A DNA stretch of 64,000 nt, from assembly GCF_009914755.1 (NCBI RefSeq), contig NC_060931.1. The stretch is one strand, 5' to 3'. This document shows, piece by piece, positions 34,391 through 47,441 of the stretch; the stretch's first letter is position 1, and every line of letters begins with the position of its first letter. Source of the DNA: the human T2T-CHM13v2.0 reference genome, Homo sapiens. The translations under genes were made by a program, and so were the position numbers. Under the pieces are notes generated by a model. It saw only the letters and a program-made list of their open reading frames with translations. It made no database searches and was not told the origin of the DNA.

Positions 34391-36221
34391 CAAGACCGAG
34401 GGGACCATTCCTACGGGATGAGGAAACACATCTAACACAGGCCTTCTAAAGAGAGAGGAGGGAGGGAGGGAGGGATGGAAAGGGGGAAGGACAGAGACCA
34501 CCGTGAACACATCTCCGCTTTTCGCTATGGGCAGATGCTTCCATAGACATGGGACTTTGCAGCCAAGTGGGACTTGCAGTTGCCCTGGACAGCCCGGCCT
34601 TGCGAGACTCCCATTCCGATTTCTTGACCCCTGAGGGTAGATATGCTCAGAAAAGCTCTGGTCTTCAGGCTGCAAGCTCCCAAGCAGGATCCACGAGCTC
34701 CTGCACCCCAAACCCCAGGCTCCTCCACACGCACTCACGAGGGGCTCTTCAGAGCCCACCTGCCTGCTGTGTCTGCAGCTCTGGCCTGGCTCGGCTGGGT
34801 TTTCTCCAGGGTGGGGGCACCGAGTGGCCAGGGCGGCTAAGACAGGTCGGCCATCACGGATGTAGCGGGGAACGTCGTAAGTGCTGCCTCAACAACATGG
34901 TGACTTGTCCGAACATGACCTGACTTTGCATCCCAGGGAAGGCACAGCCACAGCTTCCCATCCTCTGAGAGCCCCAGAGGGGGCAGGCTTCAGGATGGGT
35001 CTGCAGCTGTGCTCTGGGCGAGCACGTGCCCTCGTCCAGTCTCCCTTCCTGGGCAGCCCAGGCCAGAGCTCCCCTGGGGTCGAGCTGGGCGACTGGTGCG
35101 CGGTGTGGCTGTCGCCCTTTTGTGCTGGCCTCAGGGTCAACGCGCACTCTCTCTTCTGCTTCCCTGTTTCCAGCTGGCTTCTTCACCCGAAAGCCCATCC
35201 TCGTCTTATCAAATCTGATCCTCTCCCCAGCCACAAGCTCCCACCTAACCTACAGCCCACCTCCAGGTACAGAGGCCACCCTCTCTGTTTCCGTCTTCCT
35301 GCCCTGATTGCAGCTTCCTCTCCTACCTGGAGTCCAGCATCCATATTTTCATCTTTTAGAACAGAGGACACCCATCAAAGGCAGCAAACCACTGACTCTG
35401 GAAATCTGTGATTAGAGATGGCCAGCTCCATCTCAGGGATGGCGAGGGCCGCCAAGACAAGGAACAGCCGTGGGACAGACCCTCGCAGCAGCCACGCCGC
35501 CTTTCAGAAGGGTTCAGGGCTTATGACAAACATCTGGCAGCACCCACTCCTGCTGGAAGCCCAGACAGTCAGTGACCAGATGGTTTTGCCATGGCCGGCA
35601 GTGCTGATAACAGACGGTCAGGAGATGGATTTCTGTGGTGTGGCTGTTCTCCAAGGGGCAGGAACTAACTGGGAGGAAAGGCGGGGTGTCGGCACAGGCA
35701 CCCTCTCCAGGCCTGCGTGCAGGGGGCAAGGACAGTGAAGCTACTGACACTTATGTCTCTGCTCAAATCCTAAACGCCTCCCTCTGCTGACGTCGGAACC
35801 CACACCCCGCGCAGTGGGCTTCTGTCCCCCGGGCAGTGCCATGTGCCAGGCATGTCTGCTGTGCTGTGGGAGGAGACGGTGCTGTTCCCTGGCCGATGCC
35901 CACTGGACCCCACAGAGGAACTGTGCTGTGGGGTGTGGTTCCCACAGACCCTTCATCGGGAAAGTTGAGAACTTACAATAGGAAGTGCAGTTTGGTGCAA
36001 GCTTTTCCCTTCCTGCCAGCCTCCTGTGCTATCAGAACACAGCCCCAGACACAAAGCCCATTACAAAGTGACCAGCACAGGCACCAGCCACCACTGCTTC
36101 TCCTCCCGTCTGGGCCTCACTCCAGCCCTAGTGGCCTCCGTCTGGGCCGCAGCTCACAGCATGGCAGTGACCCTTCCTCCAACACCCCCACCTCTGAAAA
36201 TGTCCATGTTTCTAGTCGAAG

Positions 36222-36367
36222 CTCCGTTCTCTACCACGTGCCAGGCCCCACACCTGCCTTAACGCCTCCCCTCCGTTCTCTACCATGTGCCAGGCCCCAC
36301 ACCTGCCTTAACGCCTCCCCTCCGTTCTCTACCATGTGCCAGGCCCCACACCTGCCCTAACGCTTCC
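36222..36367. repeat. 49-bp minisatellite, ~3 copies
   Basis: CTCCGTTCTCTACCA(C/T)GTGCCAGGCCCCACACCTGCC at 36222, 36271, 36320. Confidence 0.95.
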
Positions 36368-37499
36368 CAGATCGTGGCATGCGTGCATGGCTGCAGGTCC
36401 CTGCTCTCCTGGCATCTGCAACCGTGCCCTGCCCACCTCCCCATCCCCCACCGGTTCCTTGCCAGGCAAGAACCAAAGCCACCTAGCACAGCACCCCCAT
36501 CCGCGGCCATGGCTGCTGTCCAGGCATCACGCCCACACCTGCCACCAGGCCCAGCATCTTGCTCCCTCCTCATCCTGGCACCAGCTGACCCCATCCTTGG
36601 GAGGCCTTGGTCTCTGGTTCCCCGCTCCCCTATCTGAAGTGGGTGCTGGTGAGAGGCTGGGAGGACCAGGCGTTGTGGCTGGGATCTGTGGCAACCCAGG
36701 AAGGAGCTGCAACTCCGAGGAGTTGGGGTGTGAAAACAATCGTCCACTGTGGGCTCAGGAAGAGCAGGGCCTGGTGCGGGCCCTTCCCGAGGAAGCCTGT
36801 GGGGCCTGAGTCCTGGGAGAAGCAAACTCAGGCCTGGAGGCTGAGTCCGTGTGGGGAATGTGGCCTGTGCTGCTGCTCCTGTGGACTCACGAGCCGTCAG
36901 GACACTGAGCCACGTTACCTGGTGCTTCTCCAGCATGGGCCTGTCTAGCAAAGCAGTGGCAGTGCTCTGAGCTGGGGGCAGGCGGACATGCCCCGACACT
37001 CGGCTTCCACCAAACAGGGTGGTCCAAGCACTGAGTTCTAGAAAGAAAACCGGGAGGAGGCGGTGTGGGACCGTGGGCAGACATCAACCTAGACCAGCCC
37101 CTGTCCCCCCTTGGCTGTGTCAGAGGTGACAGTGACAGTGGCCTTCCATTCTCTGCACCCACTGCACTCACGGGACTCCCTCTGCAACTCTGCCAGGGTG
37201 GCTTCATCACCACCTTTGGAGGAGGCCGAGGCTCCGGCTGGAAAGGTGCCCAGTCTGGGGGGGCCCTTCTCAAGGGATCTTTGTGTTTTACTGAAGTTCA
37301 CGGGGTGCCCCCAGCCCTACTTGGCATGCGTGTTTTCTTTGTAGTTAGTTTTCTTTGTAGTTATTGGGATGCCACGTCAAGTTGGTCATTTCAGGTAAAA
37401 GGTGGCGTAAACACTGGAGCTGCAGAGAAAGGAAGGTGCTTCATGAACACTCTGCAGCGGGGTGTGCTTCAAGGGGAGGAAGAACTTAGATTATAATGC

Positions 37500-37798
37500 T
37501 TTTGTTGTTGTTGTTTGAGACAGAGTCTCACTCTGTCGCCCAGGCTGGAGTGCAGTGGTGCAGTCTGGGATCACTGAAGCCTCACCTTCCCTGGGCTCAA
37601 GCCATCCTCCCACCTCAGCCTCCTGAGGAGCTGGGACTATGGGTGTGCGCTGCCACGCCCGGCTAATTTTTATAATTTTTGTAGAGACAGGGTTTCTCCA
37701 TGTTGCCCAGGCTGGTCTCAAACTCCTGGGCTCAGCAATCTGCCTGCCTTGGCCTCCCAAAGCGCTGGGATTACAGGCGTGAGCCACCACACCCAGAC
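37500..37798 (-). mobile_element. AluJ, full length
   Basis: Antisense Alu with J-type GGGCTCAAGCCATCCTCCCACCTCAGCC and GCCCAGGCTGGTCTCAAACTCCTGGGCTCA; (TTG)n-degenerate tail; ATTATAAT on both flanks (probable TSD remnant). Confidence 0.95.
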
Positions 37799-38109
37799 AA
37801 TATTATAATTTTACTCTTAAAAATCTTTATGAAAGATGTAAATATGTAAATATTGAGATGTTTAGACTATTCAAGCTGTCAAAGACAAAAACTACCCAGA
37901 AACCCAGTACTGTGCCAAATGTTGAGAAAATCTGTAATTCCAAACAGTAGCTTCTGATGATGTTTGTTATTTTAAAAATTACAATTTAGTCCTGGGTACG
38001 AATGGGAGTATTTCAGCCTTTCTTGAGAAGTTCATCGAACTTCTAGGGCAGGTTCATGTTTACAGCTGTGTCTTCACGGGGGGGTTTGAGAAGTTGAGTC
38101 ATCCTCATT

Positions 38110-38515
38110 TGATTATAAGAAAATGTGGTCCATATACACCGTGGAATACTATGCAACCATAAAAAGAATGAAATCATGTCTTTTGCAGCAACATGGGTGC
38201 AGCTGGAGGCCATGATCCTAAGCAAGCTAATGCAGAAACAGAAAACCAAATGCCACATGTTCTCACTTATGAGTGGGAGGTAAGCACTGGGTACCCATGG
38301 ACACAAAGATGGGAATGACAGACACTGGGGACCCCCAGAGGGAGGGGGTAGGAAGGGGAGAGGGAAGGAGTGAAAAAAAACCACCCCTTGGCTACTATGC
38401 TCACTGCCTGGAGACGGATCCATTCTTACTCCAAACCTCAGCATCATGCAATACACCCAGGAAGCAAACCTGCACACGTACCCCCGATTCTAAAATAAAT
38501 TTGAAAAAAAGAAGA
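38110..38515 (+). mobile_element. L1PA15-17-like 3' end (5'-truncated)
   Basis: AAGAAAATGTGG...GCAGCAACATGG.TGCAGCTGGAGGCCAT...TACTATGCTCACT.CCTGG...CAAACCTCAGCATCATGCAATA...CTAAAATAAA plus A tail. Confidence 0.88.
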
Positions 38516-38844
38516 ATGCGAGCATTTCCCATTGGTCACAGGCCCTTCCCACGGCAGCGTCCAGCACCCAGGTTCCCAGCCAGGGCTGGGCGGGGCTGGC
38601 ATTGTGTAGGTAAATGCTGCAGTGGTTTACTTGGCATCTGACTACCCTGACATTTTATGGGTAGGATTTGTACCACTGCACAAAAATAGTTTTAACCAAA
38701 AATATACTTGTGAAAAACAGTAGGAAATGCCAGAAAGACCAGACTTCTTTACAATCAAAGAATTACGTGTATGTGTTTTTAAGTGGAATTATCTGGAAGA
38801 GTGGCACTTCCAAAAGAGTTTCCATGAATGAGTGAATAATGAAG

Positions 38845-39235
38845 TTCTAGGTTAGGATCTCGGCTCTGTAATTTATTATCTGGGTAAACCAGGGCAAATT
38901 TTTTAATCTTTTAATTAATTTTTTTTTTTTTTGAGACAGGATCTGTCGCCCAGGCTGGAGTGCAGTGGCGCGATCTCGGCTCACTGCAGCCTCTGCCTCT
39001 CAGGTTGAAGTGATTCTCCTGCCTCAGCCTCCCGAAGTACCTGGGATTACAGGTGTCCGTCACCACGCCCAGCTAATTTTTGTATTTTTAATAGAGACGG
39101 GTTGCACCATGTTGGCCAGGTTGGTCTCAGCTGCCCACCTCAGCCTCCCAAAGTGCTGGGATTACAGGTGTGAGCCACTGCGCCCAGCCTTTAACCTTCT
39201 AAAGCTCAGCCTCCTGTTTTGTGGAGTAGCAGTAT
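38845..39235 (+). mobile_element. MIR relic split by the AluS insertion
   Basis: Left: GGTTAGGATCTCGGCTCTG...GGGCAAATTTTTTAATCTT; right of the Alu: TTTAACCTTCT...CTCAG..TCCTG, continuing the MIR core (gggcaagttacttaacctctct..cctcagtttcctc). Confidence 0.45.
38919..39189 (-). mobile_element. AluS with small internal deletions
   Basis: Poly-T, then CCCAGGCTGGAGTGCAGTGGCGCGATCTCGGCTCACTGCA...GATTCTCCTGCCTCAGCC...GAGCCACTGCGCCCAGCC; approximate TSD TTTAA(T/C)CTT. Confidence 0.95.
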
Positions 39236-39685
39236 CTGCGCCTGCGCTGCTCTCACTGCGCAATGGAAGCAATACAGCACGGAGCTTAGCAGGGAAAGGC
39301 ATGAGAAGCTGCTAGCGTGGGGACTCAAGGAACATCAGCAGTGTCCTTACCTTCATAGGAATTAAGGCCAAACCATTTATGGGTGACTATGTCAGGAGAA
39401 GGGAGGAAAAAAAAAAAAAAAACCCTGTTCCTGATAGACGAGAAACTGCTCAGGGGAAAGAGGACGTCGCTTTCCATGTCATTATTCCTCAGCCAGGGTT
39501 GTGCGGATGGGAGCGCTGGTCACTTAAGCACATGAAGAAGAAAAAGTCTTTCTGCGAAACATGGACGGAGCCTGGAACATGCAGGGCCACGCGTGAGGGA
39601 CGGGCCGAAGTCAGGGATGTGGGGCCAGGAGCCGCCGTGTGGGGTGGACCCCTGCCAGAAAAGCAAACGGGCAGTGGATGGACTA

Positions 39686-40356
39686 TGGTATGCTATGCGG
39701 CTCACAAGATAAAAGTTTTTTTTTAAAACCTCCCCCACCCCCTAAAGAGATCATTATTGTTACGACATAGAAAAACCTAGCCTTGCAGCTGAGGCTGCAC
39801 CGTGCAGGCAGAGACCGTCGAGGAACCCACAGCAGAATTGGCCATGGGTGAAGGCTGAGTCTGCACCGTGCAGGCAGAGACCGTCGAGGAACCCACAGCA
39901 GAAGTGGCCCACGGAGGAGGAGCACTGAGCCGCCTCCTATGGCAGCGACACAGAAGCCAGGCCTGGAAGGCAGAGCGGGAGAGCAGAGAGACATGCTCCA
40001 CGCCGCAGGCCCAGCTCACCCTCCGACTGAGGCAGGAGTGCTGGAGCTCTCGGCGGCCGGTGGGGACAAGGAGGACCCCGGCAGGCGCGGGCAGGGCCGG
40101 GGCAACTGGGCAGGACCCCAGGGAACTTTGGATACGGGCAGAGGAAGGTCTTCCAGTCGGGGAAGGCGGGAGGTGTTAAGATGCAAGCACTTGGCAGTTA
40201 GCGGGCTATGAGGATCTTTTCTATCTCGAAGCCGTGCGTCTTTCACCTGTTGTTCGACTGGTATGCTCTGTGGCTCACAAGATACAAGTTTTTTTTTTTA
40301 AACCTCCCCCACCCCCTAAATAAATTATTATTGCAATTTAAAAACCTAGCCTTGCA
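39686..40356 (+). repeat. Pair of ~100-bp dispersed direct repeats (39686-39787 and 40259-40356)
   Basis: TGGTATGCT.TG.GGCTCACAAGATA.AAGT(T)nAAACCTCCCCCACCCCCTAAA...ATTATTG...AAAAACCTAGCCTTGCA occurs twice, offset 573. Confidence 0.92.
39789..39915. repeat. 2-copy tandem duplication (66 bp)
   Basis: CTGCACCGTGCAGGCAGAGACCGTCGAGGAACCCACAGCAGAA.TGGCC at 39795 and 39861. Confidence 0.93.
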
Positions 40357-40459
40357 AAACAGCTTTTGAAGAACAAGGGAAATAATTGCTCAAAGCCCAC
40401 TTGCTCTACAAACAGGTGATTTCAGAGACCTTTGAAAAGAGCCCCAGCTGCTGAACTTA

Positions 40460-40960
40460 ACCTGGGGCCCCGCGAATGAACCAGGCTCCGCCCCTGACGC
40501 CCGAGACACCGCGCACAAGAAGGCAGTGCTGGATCTCCCGCAGGGCCCTGAAGCAGCTCTCTGGTGCACTGAAAAGGCAGCACCACGTGGTGGATCATCC
40601 ACGGGGCAGCCCCAGGGCAAACGTGGTGAAGCCAGGGGTTTGCGGGAGGGACAGCCTTGCCGGTGCGGGGGACGCGGTCTCGGGACTGACGGCGCAGGGG
40701 ACGCGCGGGATTGACGGAGCGGGAGATGCGGTCGCGGGATGGGATGTGCTCCCCGTAGCTCCCGGCGTGGCTGCAGTGGGCCGGTTGCGGGGAAGAAAAG
40801 GGCCGGTGTCGTAATTGACTGGACAGGTACTAATGCCGACCACATCCAAATATGGATGATGACGAGCGTGGTGTTGCCCACAGTCCAGGCCTGTCCAGGC
40901 GCCATTCCCCGTGGCCTGCACGCTCCTGGGTCATGCTCCGCTCAGGCGGCTCCTTCAGTG
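40460..40960. promoter_or_regulatory. Small CpG island-like segment with GC box and CArG box
   Basis: About 40 CpGs in ~500 bp by eye; GC box CTCCGCCCC at 40486-40494 next to TGACG; not a tandem repeat. Confidence 0.55.
40846..40855. promoter_or_regulatory. Perfect CArG box (SRF site) CCAAATATGG
   Basis: CC(A/T)6GG inside the extended dyad CATCC-AAATAT-GGATG (40843-40858). Confidence 0.45.
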
Positions 40961-43344
40961 AAGTTGCACAGCAGTCAGGGTAACCTCCATGTCCCCAAAG
41001 GGCAAGACCGGCTCAGAGGCGAGGTAGGTGGCACGAGGCCACACAGCTGGTCAGCTCAGCCGGGCTGGGACGCGGGCCCCAGACCGTGGCCCCCGTGCAG
41101 CTCTGGGTCCAGCTGGCCAAGGTGGACTTTGCACAAGGTTTGGGAGGCTAAAGGGAGCCGAGGCAGGTGGCAGCTGCTGTGCTGGGAAGGCTGCGTGCGC
41201 GGGGCATCCTCTCTTGGCCCGGGTGGGCGGACGCAGGGGTCCCTGGAGGACGGGACTGGCATGTCTCCTGCATCCCGCGGTGTCCTTGCTTTGTGTCCAG
41301 GTCCCTCCTGACCCCCGCCCATCCACCCTACTGGCTCAGAGACGTGGAGGCAGTGGTCCCTTCCCCAGCTCCCCACGCTACCCCCCAACCCTTGCTGCAC
41401 AGCAGAAGGCCCTGCTCAGAAAATCCCTGATTTCACGGGACTCCTAGTGGCTCTGCCTCCCGGATGGAGCCCTGCCTGCGTGGCTGCTCTGTGGCTAACA
41501 AACAGCGTGCTCCTGGTTTCCCTGCCACGGTACGCCCCTCCAGCCACGTCAGGCCATTGCTCAACTGGAGGAGTGACATCGCTCCTTAACTTTCATACCT
41601 AGGTTTATGTCATACTTTCCAAGTTACACAAGTCACATCAAATAATTCCGACGTTTCAAGAAAAAGGCAAGTGACTCTATTATTCCTCGTTTCTCTTGGG
41701 TCTGAAAAATCATGTCCTGTGAAGCCCTTCAGACCTGCCTGGGGTTCGAGTCCCTGGATCTGCCGCTCCCCCCTTCCCTCTCCTGGGAGCATCGGTGCCT
41801 GGGCGCCGTGGGCGCAGGCGGTCGGCATTGTTACTTAGGTCCGAGCTAAGTTACGTCTCCTCTGCCCAAATCCTGTCAATGCAGCACCGTGTCCACCATG
41901 CGCCAAGGGAGCCTGCTGGGCTGAGATGCACCTGTTTAGGCAGCATCGGGGAGCGATGTTCCTGAGGAGCTGGGAGGCCCTGCTTCCTGGATGGACTGGC
42001 TCCTGCGGGAACTCCGGCAGGTGGGAGAACCCGAGGTGGACAGAGGTCTGCTAGTGTCAGCCGCTTGGCCCAGGAGCCTGGCGTGTCCAGTGTCAGCTCC
42101 TTGTAAGCCCATCAGGGCCGCTTCATTAAAGTTGAATTTAAAGCCAGACTTTAAAGAATGAACTGCTGTCTTTTCAAAGGCCTCCTTCAAATGGAAGACG
42201 GACACGTGTGACTCAGACATGTGGGGCTCACTGTCCGGGGCGGCCTGGCTTTTTATCTTCAGCGGTTGCTGTTATTGGTCAATGATGTTGGTGTTCAGAT
42301 CTGCAAGTTCTGGACTCATGACTTTGAGGCTTTAAAAATTACTTTAACAAATAATGTACGCGTTGAGAATGGTCGCCTGGGCAGCGATTATAATGGAAGT
42401 TCTTTGTGTTATATCTTTCAAAATGTGCCAGTCCATGTGGGGTGCTGGTGCTTTGGGGCACCAGCCCCTGCCCCTCTCTTGGGGAGGAGCTGGATGGAAC
42501 ACAAGTCCAGCACTCACAGAGGCTCATCCTGAGTTGTCTGCCCAGGGAACATCAGTGAGAACCATAGTGTAGGAAGAGACCGGGCGGGCAAAGTGGGACC
42601 ATCCAGCAGCCCCTACCTGTCAGGGGGACCCACCCCTTCCTTCCAGCCTTCCCTGTTCACAGAGGGTGCTGCAGGCCGCCAGGGTGCTGTCCCCCCAACG
42701 CCATATCGGCATTCAGAACAGATGCCATACTCTGCTCTAGGGGCCTCCTTCTGCCCCCACATCACCCACTGAATCTCTCTAACAAACATCCCCCACGTGG
42801 TGATCAGTTTCCCACGTGCTCAGGGGGTTCTGCGCCCTGCCCCAAATCTTACAGCTGATGTGGGGTAGAGACAGAATCCCACCCAGGTTTGGCTCCCAGG
42901 AGTGTGACCCAGGATGGGACAGCGATTTGTGCTTTGCAGAGAAGTGAACTCAGCAGTCGGGATGCAGGGTGCACGTTCTCGGTGTCCCCACGTTCAGCTC
43001 TACATGCACGACCCCAAACTTCCTAAAGGCTCATGACGCAAATAAAACCACAAGTCCTGCCCTCGAGAGATCATTATCTGGGCCCAGAGCAGCTGCTCCA
43101 CAGAAGTGCGAAGGAGAATGAGCAGAGCCAGTCCTTCCTGTCCTCTCCCTGTCCTCCCTCCCATCCTCCCCACCTCCCACATCTTCCCTGTGCTCCCCGA
43201 GTCTTCTCCATGCCCCTCAGCCCTCTTCTGGCCAGATCCAGCCTCACCCCATCACCATTGCTATTCAGCGGTCACAGTCTCCACTGACACCTGCTGGGGT
43301 ACTTGCCTTTTAACAAGGCATCCAAAATAAGAAAAAACTTTTCA

Positions 43345-45154
<1,810 letters not shown>

Positions 45155-45558
45155 ACAATGAGATCACATGGACACAGGAAGGGGAATATCACACTCTGGG
45201 GACTGTTGTGGGGTGGGGGGAGGGGGGAGGGATAGCAATGGGAGATATACCTAATGCTAGATGACGAGTTAGTGGGTGCAGCGCACCAGCATGGCACATG
45301 TATACATATGTAACTAACCTGCACAATGTGCACATGTACCCTAAAACTTAAAGTATAATAATAAAAAAAAAAGAGAAAAAAGAAAAAACTTTTCAGAGCC
45401 AAAGGAGAGAGGTGGGAGCATGGTGGCCCCAGGCACCGCATGCAGGGAGGGGTATCAGGGCCCCCCTTGGGAAGTGTGTCCCTGCGTGTCCAAGGCCCTG
45501 CAGCCACAATCCAGCCCCGCCCCTGAAAAGCATGTTAGGCCCAGGTGCTGGTGCCGGA

Positions 45559-45796
45559 GGCTAACCCTCCATCAGAGCCCACAGCCGCCCACTCACGGTC
45601 GGTCACAGGGCTAACCCTCCATCAGAGCCCACAGCCGCCCACTCACAGTCGGTCACAGGGCTAACCCTCCATCAGAGCCCACGGCCGCCCACTCATGGTC
45701 ACAGAGCTAACCATCAGAGCCCACGGCCGCCCACTCATGGTCGGTCACAGGGTTAACCCTCCATCAGAGCCCATGGCTGCCCACTCACAGGCACAG
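45559..45796. repeat. 50-bp minisatellite, ~5 copies (some with deletions)
   Basis: GGCTAACCCTCCATCAGAGCCCAC(A/G)GCCGCCCACTCA..GTCGGTCACAG at 45559, 45609, 45659... Confidence 0.95.
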
Positions 45797-46649
45797 AGTC
45801 CATCCCAGGCCACAGTGGGAAGGAGAGGGAGATGCCCTGAGGTGTCCAGTCCAACTCAAATTTCCAGCCACATACACCATGACCTCTGGCGTGATGTGCC
45901 CTCCTCATTTTTCTCTCCCTTCCCTTTTCCAACAAAAGCTCAGCCCTGGTGATGACAGCACAGACTCCAGCTCTCCAGAGGCCCAAGACAGCCTGCCCCA
46001 GTCACTGTGGCCATGGGGCGGCCTTCGCTCTGAGGCACAGGTTGGCGGTGGCCCTGAGCCAGGCTGGTGTGGCCTCGAGTCCCTTCTCCTAGCCCCAAAC
46101 CCCACGGCACAGTTGGGGATCCTCTCGGCTGGGTCCCCAGGGGAGCTGCACACTGAGCCTCCACCTCCTTTTCAGAGTTGGGAGCAGCTGCCCCCCTGGC
46201 CATGGGGGAAGGCCACGCCCCTAACCTGACTGCAGATTAAATTCTTCTGGAAATCTTAGCCTGCCTCACTGCTTGGTTTCCTCTTCATTCGGAATTAATT
46301 CCTCCCTTGGATGCTGAGGGCTGGTGGCTGGTCCTCTCTTCGCAGTGCAGTCACTTGCTGGAGTCTCCTGAGGGCAGGAGAGCCCCGGCAGTGGTAGGAG
46401 GAGGCTGCACCGGGCAGGGTTAGGGGCTGCTGGGCCTCTGCTGTGTGGCCACTGCCCCATGTGGCTGCCCCATCCCCCAGAGCACCACGGTGCCCACCTT
46501 TTGTTTTCAGAGAAGCAACAACACCTCATATTCAGTCTAACCTGTGACCATTTTCCAAACACTCTCATGTTCGTTTGATCTTCATGATGTCCGTGAACAC
46601 AGGGAAGCTTTAGTCGCAGCCACATGAGTGGAGCATGTGGAGGCTAGGA

Positions 46650-47370
46650 GAGGCCATGCACGCACCCTCTAGGATGGCCGTAACTAAACACACACACACA
46701 ACAAAAACGTGCTGGCGAGAATGCTGAGGAATCGTAACTGGCACACTCTGCAGGGAGGAATATAGCATGATGCAGTCGCTGTTAGTGGGTCCTCAAAAAA
46801 CTAACCACAGAATCAGCCCAGGACCCAGCAGTTCCACCAGGGGCATATGCCCAAAAGCACCGAATGCAGTGACTCAGAGAGAGATTCGCACGCCCATGTT
46901 CATAGCAGCAGCGCTCACAGAAGCCAAGAGGTGAGGCCACCCAAGCGTCCACCAATGGAAGAAAAGATAAACATCATGTGGTCCACCCACACATGGGAAT
47001 ATTACTCAGCACTGAAAAGGCAGAGATTTTGGATGCAGGCTACAACATGGATGAACCTTGAAGATGTTATGCTAAGTGAAATAAGCCAGTCACAATATGA
47101 TAAACACTGTGTGATTCCACTCGTATGGGGTCCTTAGAGTCATCAGATCCATAGAGACAGAATGTAGGACAGTGGGTCCTGGGGGCTGGGGAGTTAGTGT
47201 TTAATGGGGACAGACTTCCAGTGTGGAAAGATGGAAAGAGTTTTAGAAGCAGATAGTGATGATGGTTGCACAGTATTTTGAATGTAAATACTACCACTAA
47301 ATTGTACATTTAAAGGTTAAAAATCACAAATGTTATATATTTTACCACAATAAAAAATTAAAAAATAAAA
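46650..47370 (+). mobile_element. L1MB3/4-like 3' end with A-rich tail
   Basis: CCCATGTTCATAGCAGC, GCTACAACATGGATGAACCTTGAAGA, GCTAAGTGAAATAAGCCAGTCACAA, GGGAGTTAGTGTTTAATGGG, TTTTACCACAATAAAAAA. Confidence 0.9.
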
Positions 47371-47441
47371 GAGTGAGAGACTGCGTGCCTGGCATACAGC
47401 AGGGGACAGGAGCCGATTGTCTGTCCTACAGCTGGGAAATG

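Noticed and set aside
39686-40356. Miniature LTR element (TRIM-like) suggested by TG...CA direct repeats
   Set aside because: No 4-6 bp TSD (GACTA versus AAACA), no TGG-initiated primer-binding site, no polypurine tract
45209-45231. G-quadruplex motif GGGGTGGGGGGAGGGGGGAGGG
   Set aside because: Standard part of the young L1 3'UTR, not a locus-specific feature
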